Shown here: one piece after another, positions 30,268-37,966 of the stretch
How positions within the stretch are numbered: position 1 is the first letter of the stretch
Layout of the letters: each line of letters begins with the position of its first letter
Assembly (NCBI GenBank): GCA_023475235.1
Contig: JAMCWG010000129.1
Location: 1,724 to 65,723 of the forward strand
Length of the DNA stretch: 64,000 nt
Origin: Chloroflexota bacterium
GTDB lineage: Bacteria > Chloroflexota > UBA6077 > FW602-bin22 > JAMCWG01
Direction: 5' to 3'
Made by a program: the position numbers and the translations under genes
Notes under the pieces: generated by a model
Database searches by the model: none
Told to the model about the DNA's origin: nothing
What the model saw: the letters and a program-made list of their open reading frames with translations, nothing else

Positions 30268-32349
30268 CTAGGGCTCGCCGGGGCCGTTGGCGGCGTCGAT
30301 CTCCTTCCAGTTCTCGGCGGCAAGCGTGGAAAGGCTGGCGTCGGCGGGGTCGCCGTTGTCGTTAACCAGGCCGTAGGTACGGTCCAGCGCCTCGGGGCCA
30401 TTGGTGCTCCACACGTAGGCGAAGCCGCCCAGGACCCGGCCGGGCTCCTTCTGCATCACCTTCCACATACGGAGATAGCCGCCGGGCCTGGCCTCGCGGC
30501 TCAGGCCGGTTGGGGCATACTCGGATATCAATAGCGCCACGTCCAGGCCCTGCTCCGGCCACTTGGTCAGCACCGATTCCATCCGGTAAGTGAAGATGTT
30601 CATCCCGTAGACCAGCCAGTAGCGTTTCGCCCCTGCTTCCTTGAAGGCGCTGCGCATCAGTCCAACATAGGCATCTTCCGCGTCGCGGTACAGGACCGGA
30701 TGGGCCGGGTCCAGCTCGTGCACCATGTTGACGACCTCGGCGTAGAACCGAGAGAATGCCGGGACCTGGCGCTTGTCGCTCATATCGTGAAACACCTCGT
30801 TGCCGATAGCCCACATCCGCAGGGCCGGGGCAGTCTTGTACCTCTCCACCCAGACGGCGATGTCTTGCTTGAGCTGTGCGGTAACGGCCGGATCGTCGTA
30901 GTTGGCCTGAGGAGGCAGGTCGTAGGGCAAGAACACCCCCAGGCTGTACTCATTAGCCTTGCGCAGGGCCAGCTCATCGAACTCGTTCTGGTTCCAGCCG
31001 ATGACGGCGTTGAACCCGGAAGCAGCGATCTTCGAGAAGTCCTTATCATAGAGTGCTGCTCTCTCGGTGTCGGGCAACTTGCGATAGCGCGGGTTATAGC
31101 CTACGCCGCGAAGCACCTGGGGCGAGCCATTGACCCAGAAGGTATGGCGGTAATTGTGGCCCGAGATGGCCACCAGCGATCCGGCCGGCCGAGCCACTGA
31201 TCCGGTCGCCCGGGCCACCGGGGTCGCAATGAGGGCCGGCTCCGGCACTGGCGGTGCTTCGTCGCTCGCCGAAGCAGCATCGGCTATGCTGGTATCCGGC
31301 GAGCTCTCGACGCTGATTTCGGCGATCTTCCCCGGCGCCACTTTGCTCACTGGAGAGAGAGCGAGGGCTACCGCGACGGTCAGCAACATCACCGCCTGGA
31401 ACCGCGGCGCGGCATTCGCGGGAGCCAGATGCACGTCAAAGCTCCCATCCTCTCCGCTTTGCAGTTGACCGGGTTCCCGCCACAGGCCAGGCAACGCCCT
31501 CCACGGCCGGGCCATCAGCAGCGACGGAACGGCGATGCCCATTCCTATGGTGGACAGCAGCATAATGCGCGCCAGCGAGCCGACCATTGTGTCGTATGCC
31601 AGTGGCGTCACTCGCAGCAGCTTGGTGGCCAGCAGGGCAAACCCCATCGCATCCAGGTCGGCGTCGGCGATATTCGCCGCCATCACAACCATCCCAACCA
31701 ATGCCTCCGCCTGCAAGAGGAGGGCAATCAAAAACATCAGCCTCCGCTTGGGCAGGTGACGGCTGAGGAACCACGGCCGGGAGCTCCCCATCGCCGCCTG
31801 GGCGAGGACCGCCCCGGCATAGAACAACAGCAGTCTGGCGAGCAGCCGGGAGGCGAACACCGCCAGGACCGAGCTGCCCGACACGAGGATCGCGCTCACC
31901 CAGGCGCCCTCGGCAACCATCGGGGGATCGCCGAACATCTGCGGCGCCAGCCGATGCAGCCACTCGCCGGTGCTTCCGGTCACCCCCAGGCCCACCACCT
32001 GGATGTTGCCCAGGACCCGCAGCATCACAGAGGCGTACACCTCGACCACCGGAAGTAGCTGAAGAAGCGTGGGCTCCAGCCCGTCGATGTGGTCGAGGCC
32101 TGCCGCCGCCACGGCTACCGAAGATTGGACCACGAAGGATAAGACCGGGCGTACGATGAAGTAGAGGCCCAGCAGGGGAATGACATAGCGGAGCCAAAGG
32201 GAGGCTCGATCCACACTGTACTGCCCTTGCTGCTTCGGCAGCGGGCTGTATTCCTGGTTTACCGCTTCCATCACCCCACACCTGCCTCGATGCCAATCAA
32301 ATGAGTGCCCCACGGAGCTAACCTTTTTCAGCAGTCCTCGCGGAGCCAT
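30268..32349 (-). CDS. polytopic membrane domain fused to a clan GH-A (TIM-barrel) glycoside-hydrolase-like domain
   Basis: 693 aa. The first ~330 aa contain many hydrophobic segments, followed by a Ser/Ala/Pro linker. The C-terminal ~300 aa show clan-A glycosidase hallmarks (WAIGNEV acid/base-like and LISEYAP nucleophile-like strands). An alternative start exists at 32271. Confidence 0.6.
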   Translation of the reverse strand: MAPRGLLKKVSSVGHSFDWHRGRCGVMEAVNQEYSPLPKQQGQYSVDRASLWLRYVIPLLGLYFIVRPVLSFVVQSSVAVAAAGLDHIDGLEPTLLQLLPVVEVYASVMLRVLGNIQVVGLGVTGSTGEWLHRLAPQMFGDPPMVAEGAWVSAILVSGSSVLAVFASRLLARLLLFYAGAVLAQAAMGSSRPWFLSRHLPKRRLMFLIALLLQAEALVGMVVMAANIADADLDAMGFALLATKLLRVTPLAYDTMVGSLARIMLLSTIGMGIAVPSLLMARPWRALPGLWREPGQLQSGEDGSFDVHLAPANAAPRFQAVMLLTVAVALALSPVSKVAPGKIAEISVESSPDTSIADAASASDEAPPVPEPALIATPVARATGSVARPAGSLVAISGHNYRHTFWVNGSPQVLRGVGYNPRYRKLPDTERAALYDKDFSKIAASGFNAVIGWNQNEFDELALRKANEYSLGVFLPYDLPPQANYDDPAVTAQLKQDIAVWVERYKTAPALRMWAIGNEVFHDMSDKRQVPAFSRFYAEVVNMVHELDPAHPVLYRDAEDAYVGLMRSAFKEAGAKRYWLVYGMNIFTYRMESVLTKWPEQGLDVALLISEYAPTGLSREARPGGYLRMWKVMQKEPGRVLGGFAYVWSTNGPEALDRTYGLVNDNGDPADASLSTLAAENWKEIDAANGPGEP

Positions 32350-32401
32350 AGTCAGGGGATATTATAACTAATTCTTCGTCTCTTTGCATCTGACTGCAGA
32401 T

Positions 32402-32424
32402 ACCTAGCCTAGGTATGGTATACT
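32402..32424 (+). promoter_or_regulatory. palindrome ACCTAGCCTAGGT abutting an extended -10 TGGTATACT in the AT-rich divergent spacer
   Basis: Read directly from the sequence. Lies about 45 nt upstream of the ferredoxin-like start at 32470. Confidence 0.3.
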
Positions 32425-32469
32425 ATAGCCAACCGCCGTTGATATTATCACCTATCGTAGGAGAACACG

Positions 32470-32651
32470 ATGCCAATTAGAGTAGTCAGCCACCGTTGTC
32501 CCCAGAATCATCCCTGTCCGTCCGTTCGTGTGTGCCCCGTAGGGGCGCCATCCAGAAAGGTTACGCCGCGCCCGAGGTCGACGAGACCAGGTGTATCGAC
32601 TGCGGCGAGTGCACGCGATTCTGCGGCATGGGGGCGCTGCGGGCTGAATAG
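32470..32651 (+). pseudogene. small ferredoxin-like gene interrupted by a frameshift (or a sequencing error)
   Basis: AGGAG RBS then MPIRVVSHRCPQNHPCPSVRVCPVGA in frame 1. The expected continuation IQKGYAAPEVDETRCIDCGECTRFCGMGALRAE* is in frame 3. The switch falls in the GGGGCGCC run at 32542-32549 (2 extra nt or 1 missing nt). Confidence 0.65.
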
Positions 32652-32894
32652 CCCCTGCCCACCGGACAGCAGGTCCTTCCCGCGGCAGAGCGGGCATGGC
32701 TGCAGCGAGGCTTTGATCCTCGCTGGACCGGACGGGGAAGGCCGCCGGGTCTTGCACTCTTCTCAGCAAGCTGAGAGAAGCATCAGCTTGCAAAGCCCGA
32801 TGGAAAGCGATATATTACGCAGTAACAACGCGCGGGGGTAGGCAGCGCTGTGCTGCTGGCCGCGACGAGCGGGCGGCAGTGGCGTACCCCTGGG

Positions 32895-32913
32895 GCGCAT
32901 GGTGACCATGCGC
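32895..32913. promoter_or_regulatory. perfect 19-bp palindrome upstream of the cytochrome operon
   Basis: gcgcatggt-g-accatgcgc, 42 nt upstream of the ATG at 32955. Candidate operator. Confidence 0.25.
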
Positions 32914-32954
32914 ATGCGACAGAACGCACGCCAATGGCGGGGAGGTGGTTGAGG

Positions 32955-33401
32955 ATGGTCCTCGGCGACGGCCGGAAGATCGGGGTTGTAGTTGGCGTCC
33001 TCGGTTTCATTCTTGTCCTCAGTTTGGGTTGTCAGAGTATAGCCTCGCAGGCCACCCCAACCGATTCTTCCTCTGTGGACGTGCCTGTGCGCGCTAAGCT
33101 AGTTTGGGACGGCTCTTACGTTCGGGATATCCAGCCAATTCTCGACCAGTACTGCGTCCAGTGCCACGGCCCCGGCAACCCTGCCAACGGCCTGCGCCTG
33201 GACACCTATGAAGGCGTGATGAAGGGGACTCAATTCGGCCCGGTCGTCATTCCCGGCTCTCCCGGCAGCAGCACACTGGTGGCCGTGATAAAAGGCACTG
33301 CTGCGCCGGAGATCCGGATGCCGCACCAGGGACGCCAGTTGAGCCCCAATCGCATCGAGAACATCACGCTCTGGATCGAGGCCGGGGCCAAGAAGGACTG
33401 A
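32955..33401 (+). CDS. PSCyt1-type (planctomycete cytochrome c domain) monoheme cytochrome c, probable lipoprotein
   Basis: CVQCHGPGNPANGLRLD with CxxCH, then VIPGSPGSSTL and WIEAGA, as in the PSCyt1 domain. ATG at 32955 lies 6 nt after GGAGGTGG. Signal peptide ends in LSLGC. Alternative starts at 32934 and 32850. Confidence 0.7.
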   Translation: MVLGDGRKIGVVVGVLGFILVLSLGCQSIASQATPTDSSSVDVPVRAKLVWDGSYVRDIQPILDQYCVQCHGPGNPANGLRLDTYEGVMKGTQFGPVVIPGSPGSSTLVAVIKGTAAPEIRMPHQGRQLSPNRIENITLWIEAGAKKD

Positions 33402-33539
33402 GAGCCGAAACGGTACACGAAGCCGGGCACCGAAGCCCACGAGACGCAAGTAGTGGGAAGGTGTTGGCGATACAGCGCATTCAAGGTGGTTCATCTTGCT
33501 GGTGCGGCTATGTGCCGCCAGGATCACAAGTATATAGTG

Positions 33540-33573
33540 GCCATTGCTACTCGGGGGCCATTGCTACTCGGGG
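33540..33573 (+). repeat. perfect 17-bp tandem duplication (gccattgctactcgggg x2) abutting the Rieske gene RBS
   Basis: Read directly: 33540-33556 is identical to 33557-33573, followed by GGAGGAG and the GTG at 33585. Confidence 0.9.
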
Positions 33574-33584
33574 GGAGGAGTTTT

Positions 33585-34118
33585 GTGTGTTGTGCGGATG
33601 TTAGCGGGCACGAAGAACACGATGTATCGCGACGACGGTTTCTCAGCTATGCCACCGCTGCCATAGGTGCATTCATCGCCACGGCGGTAAGCATCCCTAT
33701 CGTTGGCTATGTGGTGTCCCCGGCTCTAAAAAAGCGGGAAACACCTTCGATATCGGTGGGCACGCCGAACGATTTCACCATCGGTCAGCCGAAGCTGGTG
33801 GATTTCACGCTGACGCGACGCGATGGCTGGGTGGAACAACCAGAGAAGAAGTCTGTATGGGTGCTGCGCAAGACCGCCAACGACTTCGTCGCGTACAATC
33901 CTCGCTGCACTCACTTGGGCTGCGCCGTGAGCTGGCAGGCCGCGAGCAATCACTTCGTGTGCCCTTGCCACGGCGGGGTCTTCACCATCGACGGCACGGT
34001 AACCGCCGGCCCGCCTCCGCGCCCTCTGGACACCCTGGATGTCAAGACGGAAGGCGGGCGTTTGCTGGTGGCCTACAAGGACTTCCGTTTGGGCATACCG
34101 CAGAAAGAAGAGGCCTGA
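33585..34118 (+). CDS. qcrA: Rieske [2Fe-2S] subunit of a menaquinol:cytochrome c reductase (b6c-type)
   Basis: CTHLGC ... CPCHGG Rieske boxes. RRRFL Tat-like N-terminus plus a TM segment. GTG at 33585 follows GGAGGAG; the ORF-track start at 33453 is less likely. Confidence 0.85.
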   Translation: MCCADVSGHEEHDVSRRRFLSYATAAIGAFIATAVSIPIVGYVVSPALKKRETPSISVGTPNDFTIGQPKLVDFTLTRRDGWVEQPEKKSVWVLRKTANDFVAYNPRCTHLGCAVSWQAASNHFVCPCHGGVFTIDGTVTAGPPPRPLDTLDVKTEGGRLLVAYKDFRLGIPQKEEA

Positions 34119-34128
34119 AGTGCAGCCA

Positions 34129-34905
34129 ATGAGAGAGCCCTTCGGGCAGCAGACCAGGCCCTCGATATCCGAGCGCGTGATAGACAGCCTGGACGAGCGT
34201 CTGGGGGTGCGGTCCATTTGGGCGGCCCTTATGGACCGGCATATTCCCCGCAGCGTGAATTGGTGGTACACCCTGGGCAGCGCCACCCTGTTCGTCTTCA
34301 CCCTTCAGGTGGTGACCGGCATCTTCCTGGCGGCCTACTATGTCCCCTCCCCTGACCACGCCTATGACAGCGTGCAGTACATTATGAACGAGGTCATCTT
34401 CGGGCAGGTGGTACGGGGGCTGCACCATTGGGGAGCCAGCGCGATGGTCGTGCTGGTGGTGGCGCATATGCTACGGGTCATCGTGATGGGCGCGTACAAG
34501 TATCCCCGTGAATTTACCTGGACCGCCGGTGTCTTTCTGCTGCTCCTCACCTTCGGCTTCGGGTTCACCGGCTACCTGTTGCCCTGGGACGAGAAAGCCT
34601 ACTGGGCCACTACCGTGGGCACGAATATGGCGGGAACGGTGCCGGTCGTGGGAGGCTTCATCCTGCGAGTGCTCCGGGGCGGCGCCGACCTGGGGGCCGT
34701 CACCCTGGCCCGGTTCTTCGCATTTCACGTCCTGTTGCTGCCGGCCCTCATCGTGCCGCTGGTCGGCCTGCATCTGTTTATGGTGGTCAGGATCGGCATT
34801 TCCGGTGCACCCGACCGAGCATACGAGCGAGAGCAACAGGCCCGCCAGCGGGGGTACAGCGGCATCTCGGGCTTGCCGAAGCGGTCGGGCATCCCGAAGC
34901 GATAG
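34129..34905 (+). CDS. qcrB: cytochrome b6-like subunit (four-helix N-terminal cytochrome b)
   Basis: Conserved His-bearing helices (RGLHHWGA, VVAHM, FFAFHVLLLP, GLHLF). Start at the ATG at 34129 (a GTG at 34120 is possible). The earlier ORF-track start overlaps the Rieske gene. Confidence 0.88.
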   Translation: MREPFGQQTRPSISERVIDSLDERLGVRSIWAALMDRHIPRSVNWWYTLGSATLFVFTLQVVTGIFLAAYYVPSPDHAYDSVQYIMNEVIFGQVVRGLHHWGASAMVVLVVAHMLRVIVMGAYKYPREFTWTAGVFLLLLTFGFGFTGYLLPWDEKAYWATTVGTNMAGTVPVVGGFILRVLRGGADLGAVTLARFFAFHVLLLPALIVPLVGLHLFMVVRIGISGAPDRAYEREQQARQRGYSGISGLPKRSGIPKR

Positions 34906-34912
34906 GAGTACG

Positions 34913-35638
34913 GTGGTGAACGCTGAGGATAAGGAAGAATACCGTCGCCACTACCAGGCCGAGAAGGCCGAGGGGGAGCCCTTCTTCCCCTATTCTGTTG
35001 TCAAAGACACACTGGTGGCAATGCTGGTCTTCTTAGTGTTGATCGGTTTGGTGGTGGCCTTCGGCGTGCCCCTGGAAAGCCAGGCCGACCCCACCAATAC
35101 CGCCTACGTGCCGCGCCCCGAGTGGTACTTCTTGTTTCTGTTTGAGCTTCTGAAATACTTCCCCGGCGAGCTGGAGTTCGTGGGCGTAATCGGCATACCG
35201 ACCATCGGGGTCCTGGCGCTGCTCTTCCTGCCGCTGCTGGACCGGAGTCCGCTTCGCCATCCGGTGCACCGCCCGCGGACCATCATCGTCACTGCGCTGG
35301 CGCTGGTGGCCGTCGCAGTCCTCACTGCCCGCGCCATACAGAGCACGCCGGCCGCCACGGGAGGGCCCAGCCGAACGCTGACGGCAGCCGAGCAGGCCGG
35401 CAAACGGCTGTATCAAGCCCAGAACTGCGCTGCCTGTCACAGCCTGAGTGGAGTGGGCGGCACTACCGGTCCCGACCTGGCGGGCATCACCAAGGGGCAC
35501 ACTTTGGATGAAATCAGCGCTTACATCGTCAACCCCAAGGCAGCCAACCCTGCCTCCATCATGCCCGCCTACGGGGAGAAGCTCAGCGCCGACGAGATCC
35601 GCCAGATCGCACAGTTCCTGGCGACTACCGGGCAGTGA
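34913..35638 (+). CDS. qcrC: subunit IV-like cytochrome b C-terminal domain fused to a monoheme cytochrome c
   Basis: PEWYF Qo-site motif and three TM segments, then CAACH heme c motif with a downstream Met (IMPAY). GTG at 34913 or 34916 follows AGGAG. ORF-track residues before that point are an out-of-frame overlap with qcrB. Confidence 0.85.
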   Translation: MVNAEDKEEYRRHYQAEKAEGEPFFPYSVVKDTLVAMLVFLVLIGLVVAFGVPLESQADPTNTAYVPRPEWYFLFLFELLKYFPGELEFVGVIGIPTIGVLALLFLPLLDRSPLRHPVHRPRTIIVTALALVAVAVLTARAIQSTPAATGGPSRTLTAAEQAGKRLYQAQNCAACHSLSGVGGTTGPDLAGITKGHTLDEISAYIVNPKAANPASIMPAYGEKLSADEIRQIAQFLATTGQ

Positions 35639-35667
35639 CAAGGTCGTGATGAGGTGGTGGTGATTCG

Positions 35668-36285
35668 ATGAACGGACGATCAGGACGCGGGCGATCCGGA
35701 CACATACTCGGCATATCTCTCGTGTCGCTCGGGATAGTGGCCGGCCTGGTGCTGGCCGGAGCGCTGTACGTGTGGGACACGCAGACCCGAGCGAGCGCGG
35801 CAAAGGCCCTGGCCGGCGAGGCCGCGGCACCGGCTTCCGCCGCCTCCAGCCCGGCCTCGAAGCCTGCTGGCTCGCCAACTTCGGCGCCCGCGTCTGCGGG
35901 CGCCCCCACGTCAGCACCGACCGCGGTGAGTGCGCCGACGCCGGCCCCGATCACGCCAAGCGCGCCGACGTCGGCTCCAGCCAAGCCGACGGCTGCTTCG
36001 ACTGCCGCCTCGTCAACCCCGGCTCCTGCTGCCACCGGCGGCACGGCCAACGCGCAGGCAGGGCAAGCCGTCTTCCAAAAATTCTGCCAGGGCTGCCACC
36101 CCGGCGGCAACAAGGGCTTCGGCCCGGCCCTCAAAGGGCCTGACTTCCAGCAGAAGTTTCCCGGCGATGATGCGCTGGCTGCGCTGATCCGCAAGGGCGA
36201 GGGAAGTATGCCCGCCTTTTCACCGGCCCAGATCGACGACGCGGCGCTCGCCGATCTCATCGCGTACATTCGCAGCCTCAAGTAG
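35668..36285 (+). CDS. membrane-anchored class I monoheme cytochrome c with long Ala/Pro/Ser/Thr linker
   Basis: N-terminal TM segment, about 100 aa of low-complexity APST-rich linker, and a C-terminal domain with CQGCH and a MPAF Met ligand region. Confidence 0.8.
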   Translation: MNGRSGRGRSGHILGISLVSLGIVAGLVLAGALYVWDTQTRASAAKALAGEAAAPASAASSPASKPAGSPTSAPASAGAPTSAPTAVSAPTPAPITPSAPTSAPAKPTAASTAASSTPAPAATGGTANAQAGQAVFQKFCQGCHPGGNKGFGPALKGPDFQQKFPGDDALAALIRKGEGSMPAFSPAQIDDAALADLIAYIRSLK

Positions 36286-36292
36286 CGACCGG

Positions 36293-36334
36293 CAGGGCAC
36301 CCGCCAGCTCAGAACAGTGGGGGCGGGCGCCCTG
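36293..36334 (+). terminator. GC-rich hairpin after the cytochrome c gene
   Basis: cagggcacccgcc ... ggcgggcgccctg: 13-bp arms with one mismatch and a 16-nt loop, starting 8 nt after the stop. Confidence 0.4.
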
Positions 36335-36372
36335 GCCACCGAGACAGCGCGAAAAGTCTCTGCGCCCAGACA

Positions 36373-36401
36373 TTGATATCACCCAACAATCGTGTTATCA
36401 A
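36373..36401 (+). promoter_or_regulatory. candidate sigma-70 promoter for the DUF362 gene, embedded in an 8-bp inverted repeat
   Basis: TTGATA - 17 nt - TATCAA. The flanking CATTGATA / TATCAATG arms are inverted repeats. Confidence 0.4.
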
Positions 36402-36461
36402 TGACGTATACCCGCTGCGCCTTCGGTCCCTCTACGCAGCAGCCAGCCGCAGAGGAGTTGG

Positions 36462-37601
36462 ATGGCAGATATGAGCTCGAGCAACAGCATCGACAGGAGG
36501 GACTTTATGAAGCGCGTCGGCGTGCTGGCCGGATTGACCGTCGCCTCGCCTCACCTCGTCGTGGGCGCTGCCAGGGACCGGGCGAGAGGCCCATTCGCCC
36601 ATCCTGCAGCCGGCAGGCGTGACCCCGGCCCATCTTCCGATACCGTGTCTCCGGCGACGCAGGAGCACCCTGCGCCAGCCGCCGGCGACGAAGCCGGCAA
36701 GGCAAACGTCGTACTGGTGCGGACGGCCGATCGAGCGGAGGGAGTGCAGAAGGCCCTGCAGATCCTCGGCATCAACCCTTTCCAGGGAAAGGACATTGTC
36801 CTCAAGCCCAACTTCAACAGCGCCGATCCCTCTCCCGGCTCCACCCATAACGATACGCTCAGCGCGCTCGTTCAGCAGCTCTGGAGCATGGGCGCGAGCA
36901 AGATCACGGTAGTCGATAGAAGCGGGATGGCTGTCACCCGCGGGGCTATGGAGCAGAAAGGCATCTTCCGGCTGGGAGAAGAGCTTGGCTTCGAGGCCCT
37001 GCCCCTCGACGAGATGAGCGCAGCAGGCTGGGAGAGGTTCGACGTCCCGGACGGCCATTGGAGCGACGGGTTCTTCGTGGCCAGGCCCGTGCTCGAGGCT
37101 GCCTGCGTGGTCCAGACCTGTAACCTGAAGACCCATCGATTCGGCGGGCACTTCACCATGTCCCTGAAGAACACCATCGGGCTGGTGGCGAAAACCCTTC
37201 CCGGCCGCTCATATGACTACATGCATGAGCTGCACGGCTCGCCACACCAGCGGCTGATGATCGCCGAGACCAACCTGGCCTACGCGCCGTCACTTGTCGT
37301 CTTGGACGGGATGGAGGCCTTCACCTCCGGCGGGCCGGATGTGGGCAGCCAGGCCCAGCCGGGCGTCATCCTGGCCGCGACGGACCGGATCGCAGTGGAT
37401 GCCGTGGGGTTAGCGATCCTTCGCCATCTGGGGACGACGCCGGAGGTCAGCCGCGGCGCTATCTTCGAGCAGCAGCAGATAGCCCGGGCGGTGGAGCTCG
37501 GCCTGGGCGTGAGCGCACCTGAGCAGGTCCAGATCGTGACGGGTGACCCGGACAGCGAGAGCTATGCTGGACAGATCAGGGACGTTCTTCACGCCTCCTG
37601 A
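36462..37601 (+). CDS. DUF362 domain protein with twin-arginine (Tat) signal
   Basis: SIDRRDFMKRVGVLAGL Tat motif, a Pro/Ala-rich linker, then a DUF362-like body (VVLVRT..., VLKPNFNS). Confidence 0.7.
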   Translation: MADMSSSNSIDRRDFMKRVGVLAGLTVASPHLVVGAARDRARGPFAHPAAGRRDPGPSSDTVSPATQEHPAPAAGDEAGKANVVLVRTADRAEGVQKALQILGINPFQGKDIVLKPNFNSADPSPGSTHNDTLSALVQQLWSMGASKITVVDRSGMAVTRGAMEQKGIFRLGEELGFEALPLDEMSAAGWERFDVPDGHWSDGFFVARPVLEAACVVQTCNLKTHRFGGHFTMSLKNTIGLVAKTLPGRSYDYMHELHGSPHQRLMIAETNLAYAPSLVVLDGMEAFTSGGPDVGSQAQPGVILAATDRIAVDAVGLAILRHLGTTPEVSRGAIFEQQQIARAVELGLGVSAPEQVQIVTGDPDSESYAGQIRDVLHAS

Positions 37602-37678
37602 GGCCTGCCGGGCGAAAACCCTTTCGTAGCGGCCCATCCGCCGTGCGAGCGCCACACGCCGGCTATGGGGGCGCTTGA

Positions 37679-37730
37679 GTAGTAGCGACTTCGGTCGCTT
37701 CGATCGCCACGACTAAAGTCGTCACTACCG
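37679..37730. repeat. compound REP-like element related to family B
   Basis: Two nested hairpins (agcgac-ttcg-gtcgct at 37684-37699, acgact-aa-agtcgt at 37709-37722) ending in gtcgtcactaccg, the same terminus as copy 1 at 18503-18516. Lies about 80 nt after the DUF362 stop. Confidence 0.5.
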
Positions 37731-37966
37731 TTTCCTGCTTTCCACGGCTGCCCCATTGGGCCCAGGCAAGCATGCAAACCTGCTCCAGAGGCTTGTTGCC
37801 CCCAGTATTGCCGGCTCACGCCCCCAAGGCCAAGTTCTTCCCCCTAGAGTAAGATGATTCGACCTTTCACCCATATCCACTTACACGCCGTATTCTGCTA
37901 TCATAGCCCAAGCTACGCTCGCCGTCGTGACTGTAGATCGTCAAAGATAGGCTTAAGGAGGCCCCT

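Noticed and set aside
34508-34912. N-terminal 135 aa of the ORF-track protein for the subunit IV-cytochrome c gene
   Set aside because: This part overlaps qcrB out of frame and looks like nonsense. An AGGAG plus GTG at 34913/34916 gives a product starting just before the first TM helix.
35800-36060. Periodic GCC/CCG-rich stretch that looks like a tandem repeat
   Set aside because: It is in frame within the cytochrome c gene and encodes the Ala/Pro/Ser/Thr tether. It is low-complexity coding sequence, not a DNA repeat array or CRISPR.
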